Of a stretch of 64,000 nt of DNA, positions 46,223 to 57,537 are shown piece after piece (within the stretch, counting starts at the first letter, position 1; the number at the start of each line of letters is the position of its first letter). This DNA is from the human T2T-CHM13v2.0 reference genome, Homo sapiens, in assembly GCF_009914755.1 (NCBI RefSeq), contig NC_060931.1; one strand, written 5' to 3'. The notes beneath the pieces are model-generated. The model made no database searches. It was not told where the DNA came from and saw only the letters and a list, made by a program, of their open reading frames with translations. The position numbers and the translations under genes were made by a program.

Positions 46223-46667
46223 CTGGAATAGAAGTTGTTTTTTATAACAATGAAATGAGTTTATGCCAAGTACAGTTCTCAAATAATCTTCAGTGTCTGT
46301 ATTACCCTAATCTAAAATATTCACTAAGGTACAGGTTTATGTATATAAAAATATATTTTAATATTTTATTGAAGAAAAATTAAGACAGTGTTTGCATTGC
46401 AGTTTTAGCAATATGTGCACTTCAGAGACTAAATACAACATATAAAATATGGCATGTTAGTCACTTATATTTGGATTTTTAAATAATATTTTAGAGGAAT
46501 GTTTATACTACTGACTCTCAAAAGCAAAGGACCTTGAAGATAACATTTATAAAATAAATGGAACACTCTGTGAATATAAATTCATTCACAGAGTCACCTC
46601 AATTATAGATATGTCAATCATATATTGTACATTTTCAATAAGGGAAGTGCAGAAATACAGAACATAC

Positions 46668-46754
46668 CTTGGACCACTGCTACCACATCACAGTTAGGAT
46701 CAATGCTTCCAATGTGGCTTGGGTTTCCTGTCTGTGAGTCACTAAATATAAGAA
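46668..46754 (-). CDS. PDK4: PDK4 coding exon 5 (87 nt; LIFSDSQTGNPSHIGSIDPNCDVVAVVQ)
   Basis: Acceptor AACAG|T, donor AAG|GTATGT; matches ORF track 46618..46818. Confidence 0.97.
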
Positions 46755-46916
46755 CTGTTGAAAAATAAAAACAAAAAAAAATTGTTATAAAATTCAGGAT
46801 AATGATTAGTACTATCACTGAGAATGTGACCCGCTGATTAGTGAGACATCTAGTTATAGTATGGCTTATATTCTACACCCATGTCTATATACCATGATCA
46901 TGATGAGCTAACTTAC

Positions 46917-47101
46917 TGTGCTGGTTCATCAGCATCCGAGTAGAAATACGGTTCATGTAAAATCGATCCAAGAAATATTGAAGATTTTGATTGGTGACTG
47001 GGTCAACTGTACAGGCATCTTTATACTCTATGATTCCTTGTGCCATTGTAGGGACTACATTATGGTGTCTATTTCGAACTTTGATGAGTGTATCTACAAA
47101 G
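46917..47101 (-). CDS. PDK4: PDK4 coding exon 4 (185 nt; [22 protein letters not shown]...RMLMNQH)
   Basis: Acceptor CTTAG|C, donor ACA|GTAAGT; matches ORF track 46885..47112. Confidence 0.98.
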
Positions 47102-47855
47102 CTAAGCCACAATATTTATGGTTAGTAAAAGTTCAAATACGTTTCATTCACTTATACTCCTAAGGTTACTTCACAGAAGGCTAAAGTTTTTTTTGCATTA
47201 CCCATCTGAACAAATCAAATGATAAAACATTAGTCCTTTATTAGTAATCTCACTACAGATTCTTCCACTAGAGTAGAGGAGATAATTTCACAAACAGACT
47301 CATTTTGTTTCTAGCTTATATGTAAAACTATTAGCCTTATAACCAATGCATTCATCAGATGTATTCATTAAGTCTTCTCTTTATAAAATAATGATTAATA
47401 TCTAATATCATCATTCTAGAGATGACTCTAGAATGCCATTGTGAAAAAACTTTCAAAATTTCTTGTCAGATTTAGAAAAGATCCTTATTTAGGTAGCTAG
47501 AAACTATCAGTTACTCTGAAAGAAAATGTTTAGTCTCCAATGACGCTGAAATGTATTAAAACTATGTAATGGTAAATCCTCCTACACATCTCATTATTGG
47601 AGTAAATTTATAGTAAAAATAGGTCTCCCTGGGGGATCAAAAATGAGTCCTCTACATTTCTTCACACTCAGCATCATTTTCAATGCCATATTTCTTCGCT
47701 TCTGAAAAACCAACAAGCCAAAACTTGTCATGTGTAAGAGGGTAGTGATTTATTATTCAGAGCTGAATTCCTTTAATTTAGGTCTAAAAATATCTTAGGA
47801 ATCTATCTGGAAAGAACCAAAGTTTTAAACACTTATTCTAATGCATAGAGCTTAC

Positions 47856-47927
47856 TCTGATAATGCTTTCTGGTCATCTGGGCTTTTCTCATGGAATTCC
47901 ACCAAATCCATCAGGCTCTGTATATAC
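47856..47927 (-). CDS. PDK4: PDK4 coding exon 3 (72 nt; YIQSLMDLVEFHEKSPDDQKALS/D)
   Basis: Acceptor TACAG|G, donor AGA|GTAAGC. Confidence 0.97.
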
Positions 47928-48389
47928 CTGTAAAGAAACAGGTATGCTTTAAGTTTTAAAATTAATAGTCAGATACAAATGGCTGAAAATAGAATAGCTT
48001 TTTCAAATAATTTGAAAAGAGAAAGTAAGCATTATGTTCAAACTTAAAACTTTCCTCCAGAACATTTGGAAAATAATATAAATTTAAAATGCTATAACTT
48101 TTAATCCTTGACTTTCAAACTTAAAATTTAACGCAAAATGTTTCTTTAACTATTTCAGGTCAGTATTCAGTTTCCTGACTGTTTTGTTTGGCAAATATTT
48201 TCATTTCTTCTAGCAATAATACTTAGAAACAACTTTTTTTAAAGCTTTTTATTTTTTTTCTACTACATTCATTCATAGAAGAGTGTAAGTCTTGACTGCA
48301 ATAGTAAATACTACAGATTGAATATATGTTTTAGATTGTAATTGTCTTATAGGTATATAATACATGTATTTCTTGAATCAATGAACAAA

Positions 48390-48790
48390 AGGCTGTGCAG
48401 TCAGTGGATTAAGATAAGGGTCTCATGCATGTCTGCTACCTGTGCATATCCTGCTTCTGTGACCCAAAAATTTGCTGTTTTGGGTTACCTACCTTCTCTA
48501 AGCATCAGTATCTTCATTTATAAAATGAGATGACAACAACTGACACTTACTGACTGCTGGCTGTGTGCCAAGTGCTGTCCTAAGTGGTTTTTTTTTTCTT
48601 TTTTATGGATTATCTCATTTCATTACACTCAAACATCCCTCTGAGGCATATACTTTAATCTCTTTAATAACAGATGGGAATAATAACTCAATGGCATAAA
48701 GAGTTTAAGACACTTGCCAAGGATTCCACAACTAGAAGTGACAGAGGCAGGATTTGAACCCAGAGCCCACTCTGTCAATCACTTTGTAAG
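48390..48790. mobile_element. Two MIR fragments in opposite orientation, intron 2
   Basis: CAGTATCTTCATTTATAAAATGAG and GGCAGGATTTGAACCCAG cores. Confidence 0.6.
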
Positions 48791-49179
48791 TTACAAAGAT
48801 TAGGCCTTCCCTAAATAGCAGTCATGTGAATTGGTTTCTAGGCATAGGATTTCTTTTGCAATATCAAACTCTTTTATTATTGAAAGTGCTCTTCTATAAT
48901 TGAAAATTAAAATTGCATGCCAATTTTTTTCAAATTTTTCCTAGAACTCAAAATTTTATTATAAAGTAATCTACTTTTTCAGGGTAAAAATGTCTGTTTA
49001 TAGTTTTATAACTTCTCTAATGATAACTTACCCTAAATTAATTTTAAAATTCTTACATCTTTCAAAAGTAGTTACCATTCAGATCACCTGTTTTCCAATT
49101 ATGATGTTAACATAGTATAAGAATTCATACCCGGGTAACTGTTTCAAAACTAGAGACTTCAATATGGTTCACCACTTAC

Positions 49180-49321
49180 CAGCTTTTAACCAATTGCACT
49201 GAAGAGGTATTTACTAATTGGGTCGGGAGGATATCAATTTCCTTCAGAATGTTGGCGAGTCTCACAGGCAATTCTTGTCGCAAAAATGCAAAAGAAGTTC
49301 TTTCACATGCATTTTCTGAAC
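49180..49321 (-). CDS. PDK4: PDK4 coding exon 2 (142 nt; [23 protein letters not shown]...LVKS/W)
   Basis: Acceptor TATAG|G, donor CTG|GTAAGT; frame continuous. Confidence 0.97.
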
Positions 49322-50320
49322 CTATAATAAATGAAATCAATTTAGTTTTGAGAAAAAGTGTGTCTAAATGATATATCTAAATAGCATTAACTATCAAATA
49401 TTGAACACACATATATTATAAAATTATATTTCACTCTCAGTTGGGTTACTGTTAATCGATAATTCAGGGGCGATTGTCTCCTTAATTGACTAATTCCCTT
49501 CGTCCTTTCGTCTTTCCTTCTTTCTTTTAAAAAGTGACAGATATAGGAGAATTATTGTCTTCTCTTTTTGAAGAGGATTCACTTCCAAGAAGTAAGAATA
49601 TCCCACAGTTCTTAGAATTTATAAAAGACTGCAGGATTCGGTCACACCACAATGTCAACAACACAACATCCTTTAATGAGTGGGGACATGGAATTGGAGT
49701 TGGGGGATAAGAGGCTGGAGGGGGAGCTGTGATATTTCCAGAGTAGTGATATCACATTTAAACCCTTGAAATCTTCCTTATAAGATTACTGCAACAAATG
49801 TGTAAATATTTTCAGCAACAATGCAAATATATGGAAAACTATAATGATAAAGAGACAAAGAAATCTGTCAGGAATGCAGAGAGATGTACCCTGTGGAAGG
49901 ATGCCAGGTGGCTAAGGAATAAAATCTGTTAATTTGAGGCTATTTAATACTATTCAGAAACTTCTCCAAGCAGTACTATGCTGTGAAGGAGAGGATAAAG
50001 TTTCCAGTCCATTGTTAAACGGTGACCGAAAGCAAAAAGTATTTTGACTGGAAGAGCGGGTCAGAAAGAAGAGTGTGCAGATGAAGTCAAACCATCCAGC
50101 GTCGGCAGGCTTGCAGGTGGCCTTGACCTGGAGGCACCCCTGTCAGAAAGTAACCAAATCTAGGAAAAGGAAAGGTGTGCTGGCGTCGAGGCTCCAGGGC
50201 TCAGCAGCAAAGTGAACCCCAGTTGTTTTAGCTTGAGCCTAGCCCTCCCTCTACCAAGGCTGAAAGTTAAGGCAGTTCCCCAACCCTAGGACCCAGCTTG
50301 GGCCCTGTGTCCCCTCTCAC

Positions 50321-50450
50321 CAAAGTCCAGTAGCTGCTTCATGGACAGCGGGGACGGGCTGTAGCGCGAGAAATGCTCCACCTCTCGGGGCACCAGGCCG
50401 GCGCCGTTGAGCGAGCCAGCGCTGCGCAGCACGAAGCGGGCCGCCTTCAT
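50321..50450 (-). CDS. PDK4: PDK4 coding exon 1 (130 nt; mitochondrial presequence, MKAARFVLRS...QLLDF/G)
   Basis: ATG at 50450-50448 in context AAGATGA; donor TTTG|GTGAGA. Confidence 0.98.
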
Positions 50451-50672
50451 CTTGACGCCCACCCGGCCTGGCGGGGACTGTGGCTGGCTTGAGGGGCGAA
50501 GGCTGCTCGGAGCAGAGCCTGGTTCCGAGGGGGCGCGGCGCGTCCGGGCGAGGACTGCAGGTGCGCTGGCTGGCTTGTGCGCCCCGGCCTGGGCTGGGGT
50601 TTGAGGGTGCCGCGGAGTGAAGAGTCTGGGCAGAGTCGGAGATGCAGTGGTTCGAGATTCAAGTTCAAGTCT
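50451..50672 (-). other. PDK4: PDK4 5'UTR (GC-rich, no upstream ATG); TSS approximate
   Basis: Lies between the TATA-like box and the ATG; no CAT on the + strand in this interval. Confidence 0.8.
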
Positions 50673-50697
50673 TCCCACCAGCCGCCGCCGCCCGAGG

Positions 50698-50821
50698 TTT
50701 TATTTGTCTCCCCGCACTCTCCCCCCGAGTCCCAAACAGGAGGAGTCACTGGAACTTGGAAACGCGTCCTGAACTCCAGGTCGCGCCAATCAGATCAGAG
50801 AAAGAACTATGGGCTCCGCCC
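50698..50821 (-). promoter_or_regulatory. PDK4 core promoter: TATA-like AAATAAAA (50698-50705), E2F-like/inverted CCAAT TCGCGCCAAT (50781-50790), GC box (50816-50821)
   Basis: Motifs read directly, with canonical spacing relative to the inferred TSS. Confidence 0.75.
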
Positions 50822-50829
50822 CTCCAGCC

Positions 50830-50940
50830 GCGGTCATCACAGAATGGCCTGGCACGGTGACCACGGAGTGCCCTGGCACCGGTGCCCGCGGCTGTGACGG
50901 AAAAAGGGTGGGAAGAACAGGGAAGAGGAAGCAGAAACAG
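50830..50940 (+). ncRNA. Candidate first exon of a divergent lncRNA (PDK4-AS1-like); boundaries tentative
   Basis: Bidirectional-type CpG promoter with a + strand CCAAT and a plausible donor CAG|GTATCT at 50940/50941. A divergent lncRNA is known at this locus, but its exons cannot be proven from sequence. Confidence 0.3.
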
Positions 50941-51025
50941 GTATCTGGGGCAACGTGGGCTTAAGATTAGCCTCTTGGGACGGGGCTCCGAGTCGCGTGG
51001 GCTGGGGTCCCGCCCAGGCTCGCCC

Positions 51026-51205
51026 TTGTTTACAACTCGGAGGCTGTCTCAATGTCAAGTACTCCTGGCCACAAACCGTTTCCAAGAGTTTGGACTCCGC
51101 GTGCTCATTGGTCCTTGCTCAGAGCAGGGCTTTTACAGTAGCCAACAAGCTGCGTTCAAAAGTATGGGCTTCTCTGCCACTGGACAGAGAGAAAGGAATA
51201 AACAA
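51026..51205. promoter_or_regulatory. FOXO/insulin-response sites (TTGTTTAC 51026-51033; ATAAACAA 51198-51205) and ERRE-like TCAATGTCA (51049-51057)
   Basis: Consensus matches; PDK4 is an established FOXO1/3 and ERR-PGC1a target via its proximal promoter. Confidence 0.7.
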
Positions 51206-51481
51206 CCTAAAGACCTGCGCCCCCACCCCCACCGCCCCCTTTTCTTCAGAAGAGACCGGCACATGGCAGGAACTGTACGTTCCTTTTGCTGAGACTTGAG
51301 GGGCTGCCCAGATACATTTACTTTTTCCTGTGGTAATAAAAGGCCATCAATTCGTTCTTCTCCGGCAACACATTCTTTCCGTTAGGTTTAGTTCTGTTAA
51401 TTAAAAACAAAATTAAAAAGGGATCAATTTGTCAGTTTGCCTTACCTTTTGCGGTGATCAGAGAATTTGTTCACTCTGCCC

Positions 51482-51496
51482 TGTACGAAATGTCCT
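51482..51496. promoter_or_regulatory. Glucocorticoid response element TGTACGaaaTGTCCT (about -820)
   Basis: Imperfect IR3 resembling GGTACAnnnTGTTCT; PDK4 is an established glucocorticoid target. Confidence 0.7.
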
Positions 51497-51967
51497 TACT
51501 CCAAATCTTTACCTAAGACATTCCATTCTACCCTCAAATGTCTGGCACAAGCTGTCTGCTGCAAAAGGTCTTCCTTGATTACTTCTCCTCACTTCTTCCA
51601 AATAAGGCCTTGGTCTTTCATGGTACTATTCTATAGCTATTTATGTTTTTATATTATCCCTCTCTGACTCCCCCCTTTCCTGAAAGAGATCAGGGTAGGG
51701 ACCCTGTCTGATGCAGCTTTGTGATTCCTACTTTTTCACTACTCAATATTTATTAAATTAATGACAGTGGTTGAGACACATTACCCTGTCATACTAACCT
51801 CCTTTTCCTCTCCCGACACTCTAAAAGGACTAGGGAATGAAGCCACCGTGTTTGGGAAAGTTGGGAGTAAGAGAGTTGGTTACAAATGTAATAGAATGGG
51901 AATTTATGAGGTGTTAAAAATGATAGTTTGTTATAAAAAACCTTTTTGGCCTCCTCCCCCTGCGTTT

Positions 51968-52299
<332 letters not shown>

Positions 52300-55189
52300 T
52301 AAGCAGAACGGGCAACTCTGAAAGTCATGAGTGATCCTAGGCTCTGCTGTCATCCTTTGCCCTCTTCGTCTAGGAGACTGCATTAAATCACAGGACAGAT
52401 TTCCAATTCTATCTCTAGCACAAACTTTCTTCCAAGAGCCAGATTCTCCTATTCAATTGCCTATTTGGTTTCTCCATTTGGATGTCTAATAGGTATCAAT
52501 TTTGCTTCTCTAAAATCAACACCATTATGAGGGATCTGAAACAGTCCTGGCAAACCCTGTGTCAGTTATGTGGCCTGTTTGGAGGCACCATATTAGCTCT
52601 CCTACTATTTCTCCCATTGTCTATACATTACCTATAGATGGTCGAGAATTTGAGACTTCCTGTTATGACCAAATATTTTTTTCAGACCTTTGAGAAACAG
52701 CTATGTGAAGACATGCAATATTTATGATCTTCCAATGAAGAGGATGGGGCCTGGGTTCTTAGAGAATATTCAAGGATGATCCAAGTATAGACTCTAGCAG
52801 TTGCACTTGAGTGGGACAGAAAAACAAAAAAACCAAAAACACAACAGCTCAAGCACTTATCTTAAGCTGAAACAGCTGTGGGAATATGGGCAAGTTCCAA
52901 ATTGCATCTCCACTTGTAGACAGGTTTTGATGCCACTATTATTTATATTTTTGTACTTGGAATCCTTTATTAAATATTTGCATAGCTTGATGCAGCAACG
53001 AAATGTGTTCAAGTAGCCAAAAAACTGAATAAGACTCTCTTTGATGAAGCAAGTAAATTTAAGGTAAAAATCCCTTCTTTTTCTTAGATTGGGTCTTAAG
53101 AACATAAGTAAAAGTAAAGCATGCATTTGCTTTTCTCACTGTATATGGAACCTGGAATAAGCAAAAATATATATTACAAAGAATTATACTCTGATTTTCA
53201 GAGGAAAGGCAATGGAAATTATGCATTACAGGCAAGTCTAATTTAGGAAAGTCCCATGTCCCTAAGTACATTGATTGCCCAGCCTAGCTTACCCAGCACT
53301 ACTATTCTATGTGCTGTGGGCTGATTAAAGATCAGGTGAAATCATATGATGTTCACAGAGATGACCTAGGGCTAAATGTGAACTGAGGTTGCCAAAATTT
53401 TGTCTCTATGTCATCCCTTCTAATAATATTTATGAAGTTACTCTCACAGTGCATTGCATTCTTCTGTGTCATTTCTGTATGATGGGAACTGTTATTATAA
53501 TTGGCAGCATTCATGATAGCTGGCCTAGAAAGGTCAGGTCAAGTTGTTTACCCAGTTGGCTAAGATGCTATGTATTACCATGATTAGAGAGTGACCTGGG
53601 AAAAGAGTGGCACTTCTCTTCTCAGGTTGAACACAAATCTTGGAGGTGATCCAGTTGGGACAGAGGTGAAGCAAAAATATTATTTGGGGGCAATGGATAT
53701 GACAAATCCATGCATTCATTTGAGTAAAAGTAAACCATGAGAAGACTATTAAATGACTAATGCTAAGGAATAGAAGAAGTAATCAAAGCTGTTCCCTTGC
53801 ATACAATGCTGAACATCCCTGCTTGAGATACCTGGTTCCTAAAATTTTCAGTGGCACCTTACCTAGCATTAAATAAGTTCTGTCCAGCTTGCCTGGAAAA
53901 AATCTAATAACAAAAGGCCACGGGTAGAACTTTGAGAATGCAAGTCACACTTTTTCCAGAGGGTGGGGGATGGCCAATTTGATAAAATCCATCAGATCCC
54001 TTAAAGGGAAGTCTATACAATTTTTCCACCTCAGGATCGTATTCCAAGGAAGCAATTTAAAATGCCCGTAACAGGAACTCTGAAGACATGATGGAAAGAT
54101 TAACAGACTTGACCATAGAATATTAAAGTTAAAATATGAACAGCAGACTTGGAGAACATATCTACAGAATACGTAATAGACAAATGATGATTTAAGAGAT
54201 GGCTGTTTCAGTAGGGAACCATTCGGTCATGATCTATTCCCTCATGGAGATGATAGACTTGTGGGGGAAATTGGCATTACAAAAGCATATGGCCAATAAG
54301 CCTATACATTAAGATAGGACAAGGGCTAAGAAGAAAATGATTGTGAAGAGTGTAATAGGCTGGAACTACCTTAGATTTGGTGGTCAAGGAAGGTCTTCTT
54401 GAGTAAACGACAATTAAAAGAAATGGAATGAGCTTCTATTGGGGATGAGAGGGAATACTGGTGAAAGCATATTGGTGAAGCTACTGGGAAAAGCAGGATC
54501 TAACCCACAATTTGGTCTCTGATGTTTCTTATAGTTACTGTTAACCTAGAGGATACTAGGTGCCAGGAGCTGGACTGGGTGCCCTGATGGGTGCAAAAGC
54601 GTCTGCTCTCATGCACCTCAGATTATTAGCTGATGATGGAAAACAATAACTAATTATTTTTAATTTATTAGATTTTCATTTAATCCTCAGGGCAAAATGC
54701 TATAATTAAATGCATTTAAAAAGCAGCCCATAAGAAAGGTTCACGCCATGGGCAATGCTGGTTGTGGTGGTATTGGTGGTAGTAGTGATGGTGCCAGACA
54801 GTGGATATGTTAAGGGTGATCTGGGGTGTTTGGAGGAAGAGCTATGTTGGGGATCAGGAAATGCTACTAGAATTGGCATTTGGGATGGCTGTAGAAAGAT
54901 GAGCAAGATTTTGGCAAATAATTGGTAGACAGTGGGGAAAAATGTCCAAGACTGAGTAAAAGCACAGATGTAGGAGCTAGAGATACATTGGAGAAATAAT
55001 GACTAGTTTCACCTGGCTGCTGTCTAGAGTACCCTAAGGGCAGAAGGAAAGGAAGATTCAGTTATCTCATGAAAGCCTGAAATGCTAGTATGAGGTCTAT
55101 GAGATTTCTAGAGTAAGCAGCAGGGAACTGTTGAAGCCTTTAAATCAGGGAGCAATGTGTTTTCTGTTTAAATTTGTTAGCAGTTAAAT

Positions 55190-55460
55190 AATTCTACTAA
55201 ACTTTATTGAACACCTACTATGTACTAGGCACTGTGATTAATGCTGAGGACATAAAGATGAAGAAGGCATAGTTTGTCTTCAAAGACGGGAGACAGACAT
55301 GAAAATAATCTAAAAAATAGAATGTGGCATATATGGTATGTGTACTGGGGGGACAAGCAGCAGCCAGGGGAGGCTTCCTTGGAGGAAGTCATAGGTCATC
55401 TGACTTATAAAGGTGGAGCAGACATTCATAGGCAGACAAAGAAGAAAGGCATTGGAGCAG
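55190..55460 (-). mobile_element. L2 3' fragment
   Basis: TTTATTGAACACCTACTATGTACTAGGCACTGTG terminal motif. Confidence 0.65.
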
Positions 55461-57242
55461 TGAGGAGAGGGAACGAAAAGAGCCATCTGTTGGTAGTATC
55501 TCTAGGCTTTGTCAAATCTGTTAATGAATAATTTTTTAAAGTTCTCTAATATTCTAAACCTGTGCTGCTGGGAGGAGGTGATTTTATTGATAGAAGCAGG
55601 GAAGTCAAAAGCGTCAGGAGAAAAGGATAGGTTGACTAAGGAAAGACCAGTAGTGCAAGTGACGGGTTTGTCTGGGAACACCTTGAGTTAATGAGAAACT
55701 GTAGGAGAGTCATGACTAATTACCGTGAAGGGAAGATGAGAACTCAAAGGCTAATAAGCCTTTGCTGAGAAGTGAAGATAGATGGGTGAGATTCTGTCCC
55801 CAGTTTCTTTATACAAGGCTCCCCTCTCCTATCAGCCTACAGCTATATCTTACCTTTTTTCTGTGCACAATATTCCTTCTGGGGCAGCTCTTTGTTTCAT
55901 TCTTGGCCTCCTTTTACTTATCAAGGCCAAAATCTTTTCCCTACATCATAGCAAATGGGTTCATTCTTCTTTTTGCACTTGCGGCTCCAGTCTTATCTGG
56001 AAAGAAAAGGAAGCAAATCCTGAAGCTAGCACATCTTGACTTTTTGTGGAAAGAGAAGAATTTTGCATCAGTTTCAAATATAGGTTAAGCATTCTTTTTC
56101 CCCCTGCAAGGAATTTCTCAATTGTGTTTGACGTTTGCTTTTATAAAATAGTAAGGAAAGGTGAATAAAGGAAATGAAAAAATAACCGAAGAAGGAAAAC
56201 AAATGTGTACTATGCCTATAAAAGCATGCTCAAACTAATGAGTGAATGGGAAAATAAAAAGTAAAAAGATAATAAGCCACGATTGTTCTAACAGTAGACT
56301 GGCAAATAAAGAAAAGATTGCTAATATCTCCTTGGCAAGGCCTGGGGAAATGAACACTCTCCTATATTATTTGTGGGGGTGAAATTGGCAAATTTTTGTT
56401 GGAAGGCAATTGGCAGAATCTATAGAAATTTTAAAGATAGCTACCCCATGTCTCAGCCATTTCACTTCTGGCAACTTATCCTACACTTTTACTGACAGAG
56501 AGAATAAAGATAGATGTACAAGATTGTTCATTGTAGCATTACCTGTAAAAACAAAAATTGAAAAGTAACTTGTTTAGCCAATAATCCATAGTGTAAATAA
56601 ATGATACACCCATGCACTACACTATGCAGCTGATATAATGAATGACATAGATTTTTGTAGCAGCTTTGAGGTCTGCCCTGAGATTTCTTTTAAGGAAGTG
56701 CTTGCCGTTAGTTGCAAGGAATGAAATTAGCTAACAGCCTTCAGCTACAGAAACTTTGGGATCCAGACAGCATTTGAGCTGACGCCACGCCCTTCTCAGG
56801 CAGCCCCCACAGTGAAGGAGGAGGATCTAGAAGGGCCTGGCCATTTTTCCTCAATGTAGGATCCCTCTGATGGGAATTCTTTGTCTGGAGACCCGAGCTG
56901 AGACTTTGTCAGATTGGCATCTCTGTCCCTGCTCAATGCTGCTTTCCATGCTCCCTTTTCTATCACAGACATCATAGCCTGAAATCTTTCCACACCCAAT
57001 ACTGCTTCCTATACCCCTTAGCCTTTCCTGATCTCATTGAGGTTACCATTTTACTTTCCTTCGTTCTTCTTATGTCTTTTCTTCCCCTCTTATCCAGCAT
57101 GGACTCCATGAACCAACATTATAATTAGGCTCTTGGGAAAACCCTTAATTCTCTCTCTCTCTGTTACATTCACTTGGCAAATCTAATTAAAACTACTCTA
57201 GTTAAACCCACTAAGCCTTAGTTAAAACCATTCTAAATATAT

Positions 57243-57537
57243 GGCCTGATGCGGTGGCTCATGCCTGTAATCCCAGCACTTTGGGAGGCCGAGAAAGGTG
57301 TATCACGAGGTCAAGAGTTCAAGACCAGCATGGCCAAGATGGTGAAACTCCGTCTCTACTAAAAATACACAAATTAGCTGGGCGTGGTGGCACCCGCCTA
57401 TAATCCCAGCTACTCGGGAGGCTGAGGCAGAGAATTGCTTAAACCCAGGGGGCAGAGGTTGCAGTGAGCCAAGATCACACCGCTGCACTCCAGCCTGGGT
57501 GACAGAGCGAGACTCTGTCTAAAAAAAAAAAAAAAAA
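57243..57537 (+). mobile_element. AluS
   Basis: Full dimer with A tail; TSD ATTCTA(A/C)ATATA. Confidence 0.92.

Larger units (their letters stand above)
50300..51110. promoter_or_regulatory. CpG island over PDK4 exon 1 and proximal promoter
   Basis: High GC and CpG density against an AT-rich, CpG-poor background. Confidence 0.9.
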
